Position numbers and translations under genes: made by a program
The notes under the pieces: model-generated
Database searches by the model: none
The model's input: only the letters and a program-made list of their open reading frames with translations
What the model was told of the DNA's origin: nothing
Shown here: positions 8,314-18,164 of the stretch, piece by piece
Position numbering within the stretch: the stretch's first letter is position 1
How the letters are laid out: each line of letters begins with the position of its first letter
Source of the DNA: Oculatellaceae cyanobacterium bins.114
GTDB lineage: Bacteria > Cyanobacteriota > Cyanobacteriia > Elainellales > Elainellaceae
Direction: 5' to 3'
Assembly: GCA_033764315.1 (NCBI GenBank)
Contig: JANRJA010000203.1
Coordinates: 20,678 to 84,677 of the forward strand
Length of the DNA: 64,000 nt

Positions 8314-11289
8314 TTACATCTGAGATTCTTGTTGTTGGTATAGACAGTAGTAGCGTCCCTTGAGTGCCATCAGCTCATCGTGGGTGCCCTGTTCAACAAC
8401 AGAACCCTTATCCATTAAAACAATCTGGTCGGCGTTGCGGATAGTGCTGAGACGGTGAGTGATAAAGAAGACGGTACGACCCTGAAAAGCATCTGCCAGA
8501 TTGAGACAGACTCGACGTTCCGAATCATAGTCTAGCGCACTCGTCGCCTCGTCTAAGATCAACAGTCCCGGGTTTTGAAGCACCGTACGAGCGATCGCAA
8601 TCCGTTGTCGTTGTCCCCCTGACAGGGCAGAGCCTCGTTCTCCCACGCGGGTATTGTATCCATTGGGCAAACTCATGATGAAATCATGGGCGGCGGCGAC
8701 TTCTGCGGCACGAATAATGTCATCAGACGAAGCATCCGGGCAGTTTAAGGCAATGTTTTCTTGAACTGAGCCTTCAAACAACAGGGTGTCCTGTGGCACA
8801 ATCCCAATCTGTTGACGCAGCGAGTAGAGTTCTACCTTGCTAATATCATAACCGTCGATCAAGATACGACCCGATTCCAGATCATACAAACGAGGCAGCA
8901 ATTTCATCAACGTACTCTTACCAGAACCACTCTGTCCGACAATGCCCACAAACATGCCTGCCGGAAACTCTAGGCTGACATTGTTGAGCTGTAGTGGCCC
9001 TGTTGTGCCAAAGCGAAACGAGACACTGTCATAGGTCACTGCCCCTTGAATCGAAGGCATAGGAATGTTGTAGCGATCGACTTCGTCTGCTTCGGGTGCC
9101 GCATCCACAATGTCACTGAGGCGTTCGATTGATAGCCCAACTTCCTGAAAGTTTTGCCACAACTGCGCCAACCGCAATAGCGGGCTAGTCACATAGCCTG
9201 CAATGATGCGAAACGCGATTAACTGCCCCAGGGTCAAATTGCCTTTGAGCACCAGATAGGCTCCCACCCAGAGCACCAGCAAGCCAGACAACTGGTTGAG
9301 GAAGTTGCTCGTAGAACTGGCGGTAGTTGACGTCAAGACCGTTTGGAAGCCAGCACTGACATAGCGAGCATAGCGTTGTTGCCATTGCCAGCGGGCGCGT
9401 AGTTCCATGTTTTGAGCCTTAACGGTTTGAATCCCTGAAACAACCTCGACTAAATAAGACTGAGTTTCAGCGTTCCGCTCTGCTTTGGTGCGAAGCTGAT
9501 TGCGAATCAACGGAGAGGCGATCGCCGCCAATATCACAAAGAAAGGAATCGTCACCAACGATACGAGGGTCAAAATCCAACTGTAGATGAACATGACCAC
9601 GATATAGATCACCGAGAACACGGCATCTAATACCACCGTTAAAGCAGTCCCCGTCAGAAATTGACGAATGTTTTCTAACTCGTTAATCCGAGTTGCCAGT
9701 TCACCGACCGGTCGCCGCTCAAAATAACGCAAGGGCAAGCGCAACAGGTGATCAATAATCTCTGACCCCAGTGCCATATCGATGCGGTTGGTCGTATCCA
9801 CAAAGAGATACGTTCGCAAACTGGTGAGAATCGCCTCAAAAATCGCCAGCACCAGCAGGAAAACCCCTAGAACTTGCAGTGTGTCTACACTCTCCTGCAC
9901 GATTACCTTGTCAATAATCACCTGAATCATCAGTGGGTTTGCCAAAGCAAACAACTGCACAAAGAACGAGGCAATAAAGACCTCCCACAACACCCGCTGA
10001 TGCTTCTTAATGGAGGGCAGGAACCACTCTAAGCCAAACCGCTTTTGGGGGGTTTGCTGAGTCGGCTTCAGCAAGAGGACTTCCCCTTGCTCTCCCCAAG
10101 TTTCAACAAACTCAGCGGGCTTCCGCCGAACGATCCCCATATCAGGCACGGCAACTACCAGTTCTCGTTCACTCACTTCATATAGCAGAACGACTGTATC
10201 TTGCCATTTCAACAGGGCCGGTGCCTCTAACCGACCAATCGCATTGGCAGGCACCATCACTAATTGAGCATTTAAGCCCATCAATTCTGAGACTGCGCCA
10301 CACAGTTCGAGCGACATACTCCCTGTTCGCTGGCTCTGGCTAACCAGGATGCGTTGCACCACATCTCGTCGGAAGGGAATATTGAGATGCTGACACAGCA
10401 TTTGGAAACACGCTAATGCTCCGTCGATCGGCCCTGTACCCCGAATGAACGGATAGTTTTGAGTTGTGGTTTTGCCAGTCGTAGAGCGAATTTGGGGATC
10501 AGCCTCAGAAGGGCGATCGGGGGCATAGGGAATATCAACTTCGGCAGGAGTTGTGGCGACTGCTGGCTCTGCAATCGTCGTTGCCATCGGTTGCAAGATG
10601 GTTTTAGGAATCCCCAAAATACGGGCGGGTTCTGACCCAGTCACCTCTAATTGAGAAACCGCTTCGACTTTAATCGAGCTACCTACCTCAAACTGCTCGA
10701 TCGCCCCACCTCCACTCACTAACCAGAGACGATTAGACTCTAACGGAGTCGTCGGAGTGCTACCGGGTGGCAAGTTGCAAATCACAGCATCAGCTTGGGC
10801 TTGTAATGCTAAATCTTTAAGGACTACATCTCCGATCGCTTGTCGATGAATCTCAGCCCCTAATAAGTCAAACACTTCAATCAGAGAACACTGACTACGA
10901 AACACCGCTGCCATTTCTGGCTCACGTTCTAGCAATGCTAGAAAGTCAGTAGCAGATAGCACTAAAGAAATTGTTTCAATCGAGGCGATCGCCGTTTCAC
11001 AGGGCACCCCACGCACCAACCCAACCCAACCCAAAATCGCACCCGGTTGTGCCAAGCCCAGCGTAACAGGTCGCTGTGTCCGAGGATCGTACCCCAATTG
11101 CCGTGCCTGCCCCTCATAAATAATATTGAGCTGAGCTGGCATCTTGTCTCGCACTAACATTGCCTGCCCCATGCGATAGCGCAGCAATTGCAACTGTTCT
11201 GCTAATGCAGCCAGTGCATCCGCAGAGAGCAGATCAAACGGGGGCACCGTAGCCAAAAATTCTAAGACAGTGGTTTTGGTATAAGTCAT
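8314..11289 (-). CDS. ABC exporter with N-terminal cNMP-binding-like and C39-peptidase-like domains (HlyB-type)
   Basis: 991 aa. cNMP-binding-like region at aa ~25-240, C39-like region at aa ~278-410, then a TM exporter domain. NBD has Walker A GQSGSGKST, signature LSGGQRQR and Walker B LLILDEATS. Confidence 0.9.
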   Translation of the reverse strand: MTYTKTTVLEFLATVPPFDLLSADALAALAEQLQLLRYRMGQAMLVRDKMPAQLNIIYEGQARQLGYDPRTQRPVTLGLAQPGAILGWVGLVRGVPCETAIASIETISLVLSATDFLALLEREPEMAAVFRSQCSLIEVFDLLGAEIHRQAIGDVVLKDLALQAQADAVICNLPPGSTPTTPLESNRLWLVSGGGAIEQFEVGSSIKVEAVSQLEVTGSEPARILGIPKTILQPMATTIAEPAVATTPAEVDIPYAPDRPSEADPQIRSTTGKTTTQNYPFIRGTGPIDGALACFQMLCQHLNIPFRRDVVQRILVSQSQRTGSMSLELCGAVSELMGLNAQLVMVPANAIGRLEAPALLKWQDTVVLLYEVSERELVVAVPDMGIVRRKPAEFVETWGEQGEVLLLKPTQQTPQKRFGLEWFLPSIKKHQRVLWEVFIASFFVQLFALANPLMIQVIIDKVIVQESVDTLQVLGVFLLVLAIFEAILTSLRTYLFVDTTNRIDMALGSEIIDHLLRLPLRYFERRPVGELATRINELENIRQFLTGTALTVVLDAVFSVIYIVVMFIYSWILTLVSLVTIPFFVILAAIASPLIRNQLRTKAERNAETQSYLVEVVSGIQTVKAQNMELRARWQWQQRYARYVSAGFQTVLTSTTASSTSNFLNQLSGLLVLWVGAYLVLKGNLTLGQLIAFRIIAGYVTSPLLRLAQLWQNFQEVGLSIERLSDIVDAAPEADEVDRYNIPMPSIQGAVTYDSVSFRFGTTGPLQLNNVSLEFPAGMFVGIVGQSGSGKSTLMKLLPRLYDLESGRILIDGYDISKVELYSLRQQIGIVPQDTLLFEGSVQENIALNCPDASSDDIIRAAEVAAAHDFIMSLPNGYNTRVGERGSALSGGQRQRIAIARTVLQNPGLLILDEATSALDYDSERRVCLNLADAFQGRTVFFITHRLSTIRNADQIVLMDKGSVVEQGTHDELMALKGRYYCLYQQQESQM

Positions 11290-12038
11290 GGGGCAGTCGA
11301 AGCCGAGGAGGTATTAGAAGGAATGAGATTAATCTGACCGAGTTGTTCTTGCAGCCACGTGTTAAACAGCTCATTTAGCAAACGTCGCCGCATAGCGTCA
11401 TCTAACTGAGCTGGAATGAATCGCTCTAGTCGCACAATTACCAGCCACTCACCAACACGAGTCGGTGCCCACAACTGGCCAGGTTGACTGATAGAGAGCA
11501 TTTGCGCCAGAGTCGGATTGGGCACACTCAATTCAACAGGACCAATTAAACCATCGGTTTGTGCCTCTGGCCCTTGTGAATACGTGCGCGCCAACTCCGC
11601 AAAGGATTGTTCCCCTTCCAGCACTCGAAAATACACTTCTTGAGCAATCCCTAAATCTTGCGTCCGAATTAATGAATAGATAACGCGATCGAGTTGAGAT
11701 TTGCGATTGAGGAAATAGGACTCTAGCTTGGGGCCCCACGTTGATTGCTTAAATTTTTCAATCTTGACCTCACGCATGGCACGCGCCTCAAGCTGAGTGG
11801 CAGTCATGCCATGTTGTTGCAACCAGGCTCTACGGCTCTCTTCTGACGCCAAACCATGTTGAGCATAGAACTGTTGACAGGCCGCCTCTTTCTCTTCAGA
11901 GGTACATTCTATGGTGGCGATCGCCTGATCAATCAAGATCTCTTGTAGCAGTTGAGGCAGCATTTGATAGCTCGCTAATAGCGGAATAACCTCTTCTGCT
12001 AAAATCTGACGATTTCCAACCTGTAAAACGACAGTCAT
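11286..12038 (-). CDS. Peptidyl-prolyl isomerase-like protein (PpiC/parvulin type)
   Basis: 250 aa. The C-terminal half resembles a parvulin rotamase domain (FAELARTYSQGPEAQTDGLIGPV...WLVIVRLE). Its stop overlaps the ABC start (ATGA at 11286-11289). Confidence 0.7.
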   Translation of the reverse strand: MTVVLQVGNRQILAEEVIPLLASYQMLPQLLQEILIDQAIATIECTSEEKEAACQQFYAQHGLASEESRRAWLQQHGMTATQLEARAMREVKIEKFKQSTWGPKLESYFLNRKSQLDRVIYSLIRTQDLGIAQEVYFRVLEGEQSFAELARTYSQGPEAQTDGLIGPVELSVPNPTLAQMLSISQPGQLWAPTRVGEWLVIVRLERFIPAQLDDAMRRRLLNELFNTWLQEQLGQINLIPSNTSSASTAP

Positions 12039-13599
12039 TTAGGTTAATCTCTTGCACTTCATTAACGATCTACTTCTTTTAATCTCAGGCTGAACTGAGC
12101 CAACCTACCCTTTATTTATCTCATTTCACTTTATTTATCTCATTTGAAGATTAAGATGAACACTCATAATCTAAATTTTTCAGTATGGTATGTAACTTTT
12201 ATGAGTAAGCATACTAAGAAGACGACCTAAATGATCGTCCACTTTAGGTTAACTTCTGCTTATAACAGTGTCTTGATGAGATTGATATTTAGCAACGCTT
12301 TGTTACATCCAAGGCACTTCCAATCCAACTAATCGCCCTCAGAGAAGGTCTGAGAAATTCTTGGCAGTTAAAACCGCGACTACAAAAACAAAGTCCGCCC
12401 TAAACCCTTGAATTCTCAAGAAGGTAGTAGTTGACAGCCATTCTAGTCTGTCTGCGATCTAGAGCACCCTAGTAGACATCTGGTAAACATTATGTCTCGA
12501 ATCCGCCGTAGAGCAACTTGACGCCAGTGCGGCTCCCTTAAAAAAAGGGGTTTTATCTGCACCACCCCAGGCTTTTCTATAAAAAGAGACTTCTAAAAAA
12601 TAAATTGGGTTCAATTTTCTATCTTGACCCTACATATATACGCATAGCCATACGTATATACCTACATTAAGCCGAAGTTCCTCTCGTCTGATGAATTTCA
12701 GCTTAATTCTACGAATGAGGCAAAACCCTTACTTGCCAAGAGTTACCCGTAATTTATACACCTGTTCTATCTGGAGGTTGTGCTGAGTTATGAATTGAAC
12801 AGTTAAGAGATGATCATCACAGTCATGAGTAAAACTACACCTCAACAAACACTTTTCCTTAACATTAATCCCACTTGTGATCAAACACTCCGGAATGAGT
12901 CGTAAGTCTTGGGAATTAGGGAAGATCCTCCCCTGAGGGATAAAGCTCAACTGAGAGATTTTTCTAATGTCAATTAGTTTACTTTTCTACCCATTGATAG
13001 ATTAAGAATTTGTTTGCTCTACCTCTATAGGATGCTACTAAACCCCAAGACTGCTGTAGTAGACTCTAGTCAAGTCAGCCAACCTGGTTGAAATAGTAAT
13101 GGAAAGAAAGAGGCAAGCCGTTCACATTCGTTTGCATTTGGTGATCCAAACAGAGATTTTTGTAAATATCGACACCTTATTCAGGTTGTTGGGCCACTCG
13201 CTAGATCTCAATATCATCTCTTTTTTTCCTTCAAGACATTGAGACTCTTTCTACCGTAGCCTTTGGGCTGATTTTGTAGTTTAGACAACCACGAAAACCT
13301 TCTTATGAGATAGCTTGAGGGGGAGCTGAAGTGGTTTATCAAGGCGATCGCCTTTGTCAAAATCGTTTTGTGGTGTCTCACACCCATCTACCTAAATGCA
13401 TCTAGATGGGTAAAATCTATCTTTTATCTCCAATTACTTGAATCTCTTGGATCAACCGAGTAAAGTTATCAAAACTATAGCGACCCTACTCTTAGAAACT
13501 AGTTAGCAAAATTAAAGGAATACTCCAGGTACTTTCATAACAATTTTTTCAATTTTTGATATTGACAAAACCGATCATAGCTAGGATAACCATCTTCAT

Positions 13600-14844
13600 A
13601 TGACAGCAATATTCAATCATCACTCTGGGCAAGCAATGGAAAACTCTACGATGGATTCGACCGATACCTTGCAGTTTGAAACTGCTTTTGAGGATGACTT
13701 TTTTAATACCCTTGATACCAAGGAATTAGACACAGATGATGTCGAAGACATTCCTATTGATGTAATAGAGGATGTCATCAAAGATGTTGAACCAGAGACA
13801 GAAGACAGCTTGTCTGCATTTGCTGCTGATGATCAAGCCGATGAAGATGTAGAAGCGGTCATCGCTGAGCATTTTCCGGGATATCGAAAGACTATTTCTG
13901 ATGACGCAGTTGGCGCGTTCTTTAAAGAAATGGCGCGTTATCCTTTGCTCAAGGCAGATGAGGAAATTGAGCTAGCTCGACGGGTCAAATTTTTAATTGA
14001 AATTGAGGAGTTGCGCGATCGCCTCCAGACTGAGCTAGACCATAACCCTTCTAAAGCAGAGATTGCCGCTGCTTTAGAACTCAACGAACGTCAGCTCGAA
14101 CATCGCCTTTATCGCAGTCGCATGGCAAAGCGCAAAATGATTCGGTCAAACCTGCGCCTGGTCGTGTCGATCGCCAAGCGATATCTTAATCGGGGTGTTC
14201 CTTTCCTAGATCTAATTCAGGAAGGTGCTTTAGGCCTCAACCGAGCAACCGAAAAGTTTGACCCCGACAAGGGATACAAATTCTCAACCTATGCCTACTG
14301 GTGGATTCGGCAGGGCATTACTCGGACGATCGCCAACGATGCTCGCACTATTCGCCTGCCGATTCACATTGTTGAGAAGCTGAATAAGCTCAAGAAATCT
14401 CACCGAGAACTACGAAAAGAGCTGAATCGCAACCCAACTGAGGCCGAGTTAGCTGCTGCTCTTGATCTCACCCCTGACCAACTGCGCAATCTACAACAAG
14501 TGCGGCGGCGATCGCTCTCGCTTAACCATCGGGTCGGCAAAGGTGAAGACACTGAACTGATGGAATTGTTGGAAGACAGTAGCACGCTCTCTCCGGAAGC
14601 GCAGATGAGCGAAACTATGATGCGCCAAGAAATTCACAGCATCTTAGGAGATGTGTTGACCGAACGGGAGAAGGACATTATTTCATTGCGTTATGGATTA
14701 ACCACCGGGGAACCTCATACCCTCGAAGAAGTGGGGGGTTTGTTTAATCTCTCTCGCGAACGGGTACGTCAGATTCAAACAAAAGCGATGCGGAAGTTGC
14801 GCCGTCCTCAAGTGGCAGCACGACTCAAAAGTTGGTTGAGATAG
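13600..14844 (+). CDS. RpoD-family sigma-70 factor, group-2-like with acidic N-terminal extension
   Basis: 414 aa. Region 2 DLIQEGALGLNRATEKFDPDKGYKFSTYAYWWIRQGITR, region 3 TIRLPIHIVEKLNKLKK, region 4.2 LSRERVRQIQTKAMRKLR. The YAYWWIRQG and EKLNK variants are those of cyanobacterial group-2 factors. Confidence 0.9.
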   Translation: MTAIFNHHSGQAMENSTMDSTDTLQFETAFEDDFFNTLDTKELDTDDVEDIPIDVIEDVIKDVEPETEDSLSAFAADDQADEDVEAVIAEHFPGYRKTISDDAVGAFFKEMARYPLLKADEEIELARRVKFLIEIEELRDRLQTELDHNPSKAEIAAALELNERQLEHRLYRSRMAKRKMIRSNLRLVVSIAKRYLNRGVPFLDLIQEGALGLNRATEKFDPDKGYKFSTYAYWWIRQGITRTIANDARTIRLPIHIVEKLNKLKKSHRELRKELNRNPTEAELAAALDLTPDQLRNLQQVRRRSLSLNHRVGKGEDTELMELLEDSSTLSPEAQMSETMMRQEIHSILGDVLTEREKDIISLRYGLTTGEPHTLEEVGGLFNLSRERVRQIQTKAMRKLRRPQVAARLKSWLR

Positions 14845-14915
14845 CGTCAGCCGCTCCCTTAGTTCAAGCATTGGGTTCTCCGTGATACTGTCAAAGCAGT
14901 GTTACTTCGTTTTTT

Positions 14916-15434
14916 ATGCCTGATTCTGCAACTTTCTCGACTTCAGCACTAACGATTCGTCCTGCCACAGCCGCCGATGCCGCTGTTCTATTTCAACTGA
15001 TTCAAGCTTTAGCAGACTATGAGAAGTTATCTCACGCTGTCACAGGCAGTGTTGCAGCACTTGCCAGGGATTTGTCAGGCGATCGCCCCGCTTGTGAGGC
15101 GATTTTGGTAGAACATGACCACACACCTATTGGATTTGCATTATTTTTTGCCAATTACTCCACATTTTTAACCAAACCTGGCATTTATTTAGAAGATTTA
15201 TTTGTATTGCCAGAGTATCGAGGACAGGGCGTTGGCAAAACCTTGTTGTCTTACCTGGCACAATTGGCGCAACAGCGAGACTGTGGACGCTTGGAGTGGA
15301 GCGTCTTGGACTGGAACGAACCTGCGATCGCCTTTTATCGGCGGATGGGAGCCACCTTGCTAGAAGAGTGGCGGATCTGTCGGGTAACGGGTGATGCGAT
15401 CGCAGTTTTAGCGAATTTGCAACCTCCTGCTTGA
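14916..15434 (+). CDS. GNAT-family N-acetyltransferase
   Basis: 172 aa with acetyl-CoA motif A, YRGQGVGKTLL. Confidence 0.85.
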   Translation: MPDSATFSTSALTIRPATAADAAVLFQLIQALADYEKLSHAVTGSVAALARDLSGDRPACEAILVEHDHTPIGFALFFANYSTFLTKPGIYLEDLFVLPEYRGQGVGKTLLSYLAQLAQQRDCGRLEWSVLDWNEPAIAFYRRMGATLLEEWRICRVTGDAIAVLANLQPPA

Positions 15435-15516
15435 AAAATCTTCACTGCAGAGCCTGAAAGAGAGCGATAAAATCTAAGACATAAACCCAGATCATTCTTA
15501 ATTAAGGTTGAGTCGC

Positions 15517-15726
15517 ATGAAAACCATTTGGGTCAACGAGCAAATTGATCCCTCTGGGATTATCTACTCCTGTATTGCCTCCTGCAACGAAAATGAAGCT
15601 CAAGAATGTCATACGTCGTTTCAACAAAATCTGACCCCAGACCAAAAAGCAGCAGGTTGGATTGCCCGCATTCGTACTGTTGAGTCGTGGGATCTGGTTC
15701 CCGCCAATGCACTTAAACTCGATTAA
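15517..15726 (+). CDS. Hypothetical small protein (69 aa)
   Basis: ATG at 15517, 9 nt after TAAGG. Balanced hydrophilic composition. A mutually exclusive antisense ORF exists at 15502..15735. No recognisable motif. Confidence 0.35.
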   Translation: MKTIWVNEQIDPSGIIYSCIASCNENEAQECHTSFQQNLTPDQKAAGWIARIRTVESWDLVPANALKLD

Positions 15727-15789
15727 CTCTGCCACTCAGCTTGGAATGTTATACCGTTTCTATGTGAGCTTGCACTCAATCAATGTGAA

Positions 15790-15811
15790 ACAAGGGGCTT
15801 AATCCCCTTGT
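15790..15811. terminator. Perfect 8-bp stem hairpin between convergent genes
   Basis: ACAAGGGG-cttaat-CCCCTTGT. It lies between the + ORF end (15726) and the - ORF end (15852). A T-run follows on the minus strand. Confidence 0.55.
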
Positions 15812-15851
15812 CTAGTGCAGATTCATGTTGGATGCATCATTAAATGCATCC

Positions 15852-16544
15852 CTAGCGGTGGCGACGATATCGAATATCCATAATCTCGGCTAAACCTGCA
15901 TCTTCCCAATCCAGAGGAGTGCTTTCATCAGCTGGCACAACTGTCACCACGGGTTGCTCAGATTCAAGAGATGGCTCTGTTGAGGGAGTCGAGACCGCGG
16001 CAGGCAAAGCATTCATAGCATGAGATGTAGGCAAAGCAGGAAACGTCATAGCTGCGACATCAAGCTGTTCAGGCGGGTCGATCTCAGCAGATGAAGCCCT
16101 TGCACCAGAATGTGTTTTGAGCGATCGCGACTCATAGCGGAGTTGTTTAAATCGTTGAGAGATCAGGAATGAACCCGCCACACAACTCAAGGCGATCGTC
16201 CCTAGTGCCCACAGGGGTAGAGTTTTAGGATTAGAATCAACCGCAATATCAGGCTGAGAGCTATCAGTGCTATTGGGGTGATCTTGTTTTGACAATTCAG
16301 GACTCATCAGACTGGTCATGGCAATTCCCATGATCAGCAACAAGAGCACCCAAATGCCACTCCAAAACACAAGAGGGTGCTGCCAGAGCAACTGCACCCA
16401 CGACAGCAAGTTGATGGTGTTTGGTGCAGAATTTTTAACCCAAGGTTCATCAACAGGTGTGGATGACTCCAATGGTTGAGCTGGCTGACCTGCCCATGCA
16501 TCACTCTCAGGAGAGGATTGCTGAAACCTCTGATCGCTATCCAT
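15852..16544 (-). CDS. Hypothetical membrane protein, Pro/Ser-rich
   Basis: 230 aa. Two hydrophobic spans (VFWSGIWVLLLLIMGIAMTSL; LWALGTIALSCVAGSFLI) flanked by low-complexity acidic/Pro/Ser regions. Confidence 0.5.
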   Translation of the reverse strand: MDSDQRFQQSSPESDAWAGQPAQPLESSTPVDEPWVKNSAPNTINLLSWVQLLWQHPLVFWSGIWVLLLLIMGIAMTSLMSPELSKQDHPNSTDSSQPDIAVDSNPKTLPLWALGTIALSCVAGSFLISQRFKQLRYESRSLKTHSGARASSAEIDPPEQLDVAAMTFPALPTSHAMNALPAAVSTPSTEPSLESEQPVVTVVPADESTPLDWEDAGLAEIMDIRYRRHR

Positions 16545-16901
16545 ATTGCCCTACGGTAGCTGCTAAATAAAAGATTTGATTTGTATTGTAGAACATTTGT
16601 TCGGAAGCTCCCACTTTTCCTTATTGAGGAAAATTTTAAGGAATAGGACCGCGTAGAACTGTCAAGACAGGTGATACAGGGAGGTGTAAAGCTTCGCCTC
16701 ATCCTGGTTGCTATAGCCCTACAACGCTCTATTCACGCTCTGTTCATTGGTTTGAGGGGTATGAATAGGACGTTTGAGTCAAGTGTAATAGCATCTCAGT
16801 AAATTCACCTAGGTAATAACGCTGAACCTTAAACTAGAAAACTTACCGTTCATATTTCGGCCTTTGCGAGACTATAACTGGTTTATTGAGAAGAATTAAG
16901 C

Positions 16902-17168
16902 GTGGGACGGTCAATGATGCCGCTTGTCATTCAGGAAGAGTCGGTGCGGACATTTAATTTTTATCTCAATGGTTCTGTTTGGCAAGGCATGGTTTGCCAA
17001 AACAAGCTTTATAAGTTAGTGTCCTCATTTGAGCCAAATGACTGCCCTAAAGCCTATGCGTTAGGTTGGAGCTTGGGCTGTGGCGGAACCCCTGCCGTTA
17101 TCACTCTGGCAAATCAAGGTTATGGGGTGTGGATTGATTTGAGATCGCACTCTCAAGCCAGTTTCTAA
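16902..17168 (+). CDS. Hypothetical protein (88 aa; alternative ATG at 16914)
   Basis: ORF only, no motif recognised. Confidence 0.3.
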   Translation: MGRSMMPLVIQEESVRTFNFYLNGSVWQGMVCQNKLYKLVSSFEPNDCPKAYALGWSLGCGGTPAVITLANQGYGVWIDLRSHSQASF

Positions 17169-17319
17169 AAGTTCTAAAAATTACGCGATGTGCAACTTAG
17201 AGGTTTAGATCCTCGGTTACTTGTTCAGCATTCTCACAGTAATCTGATTTGCGTCACAGCAATCAACGATCTGAGGAAAGTCGCACACGAGGTAAAAAGT
17301 AGTTTTCTAAAGAACGCTA

Positions 17320-17952
17320 TCAAACGCTCCCTTCTCCCAATACTCCGTTGAGAAAAATATCGGCAATCCCTTCTGCCATTTCCTGCATTTCTTGCGGAGA
17401 CGAATTTTCAGCCATCACCGTATCACGACTAAAGCCTGCTACTGCAAACATTCCCAAAAATACCTGGGCAACAATGCGCGGATTCATACGGCGATAAACA
17501 CCCTGATCCATCGCTGTTTGAAAGAAAGCCTCTGCAACATCGGTCATTTTGGCGATCACTTCTGCTTGAATGCGATCGCGCAACTCAGGATGAAATTGAG
17601 CTTCCATGAAGCACACCCGCAACATATCAGCATTGCGGTGCAGATTTAACATACGCTTTCGCATCACTTGAGCGATCGCTTTATAGCTACCCATCTCACT
17701 CAGTTCAGTGAGCAGATCGGTCAAAATTTCAATCCACCCTTGAGTCGCTACTTCTACTAAAATTGCCTTTTTGTTTTCAAAGTGGCGAAACAACGTGCCC
17801 TCAGCGACTCCTGCCGCTTCTGCAAGATCACGTGTCGTCGTGCCATCATAGCCACGACGAGCAAATAACCGCTGTGCTGCTTGAAGAATCCGAGTTCGAG
17901 TCTCCACCTCAGGTTGGGGTGGACGTTGAAAGATCTGCATCGCGGTAGCCAA
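17320..17952 (-). CDS. TetR/AcrR-family transcriptional regulator
   Basis: 210 aa with N-terminal HTH RILQAAQRLFARRGYDGTTTRDLAEAAGVAEGTLFRHFENKKAIL. Confidence 0.9.
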   Translation of the reverse strand: MATAMQIFQRPPQPEVETRTRILQAAQRLFARRGYDGTTTRDLAEAAGVAEGTLFRHFENKKAILVEVATQGWIEILTDLLTELSEMGSYKAIAQVMRKRMLNLHRNADMLRVCFMEAQFHPELRDRIQAEVIAKMTDVAEAFFQTAMDQGVYRRMNPRIVAQVFLGMFAVAGFSRDTVMAENSSPQEMQEMAEGIADIFLNGVLGEGSV

Positions 17953-18075
17953 GTGTGACAGACATCTGCATCGATCATTGTCGATCGGTTGTTTAAAACT
18001 GCGGCAGAAGATTTATACAACATTACGTTTGTTTAGAAATCTAGATTAAGGTTTGTGAGTAGAGAGAGGCTGAGG

Positions 18076-18110
18076 TTTGAATTTTGAGTTTTGAACTTTG
18101 AATTGTGAAT
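18076..18110. repeat. Five heptamers TTTGARN, the inverted complement of the 18165-18318 array
   Basis: tttgaat tttgagt tttgaac tttgaat tgtgaat. TTTGAGT is the exact reverse complement of ACTCAAA. Confidence 0.75.
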
Positions 18111-18164
18111 TAGAGGTCGAGAGCGATTAGAAATTGGCCATCGACTGTTATCTCAACACCCCGG

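Noticed and set aside
8314-11289. Link between the cNMP-binding-like domain of the ABC exporter and cyclic-nucleotide defence signalling (Pycsar-like)
   Set aside because: There is no nucleotide cyclase in the operon. The phosphate-binding cassette looks degenerate, and the domain order is that of common cyanobacterial HlyB-like exporters.
12729-12950. 73-aa Cys-containing minus-strand ORF in the 12-13.6-kb desert, considered as a possible exported peptide precursor for the ABC/HlyD system
   Set aside because: It has a TTG start without an SD. It has no double-glycine leader and no C-terminal RTX-like Gly/Asp repeats. Its composition is unlike the neighbouring genes. I kept it only as a remark inside the desert finding.
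15502-15735. 77-aa minus-strand ORF antisense to the small plus-strand ORF 15517-15726
   Set aside because: The plus-strand reading has an ATG with a TAAGG spacer and a more protein-like composition. Neither is strongly supported, so only the plus-strand version is listed, at low confidence.
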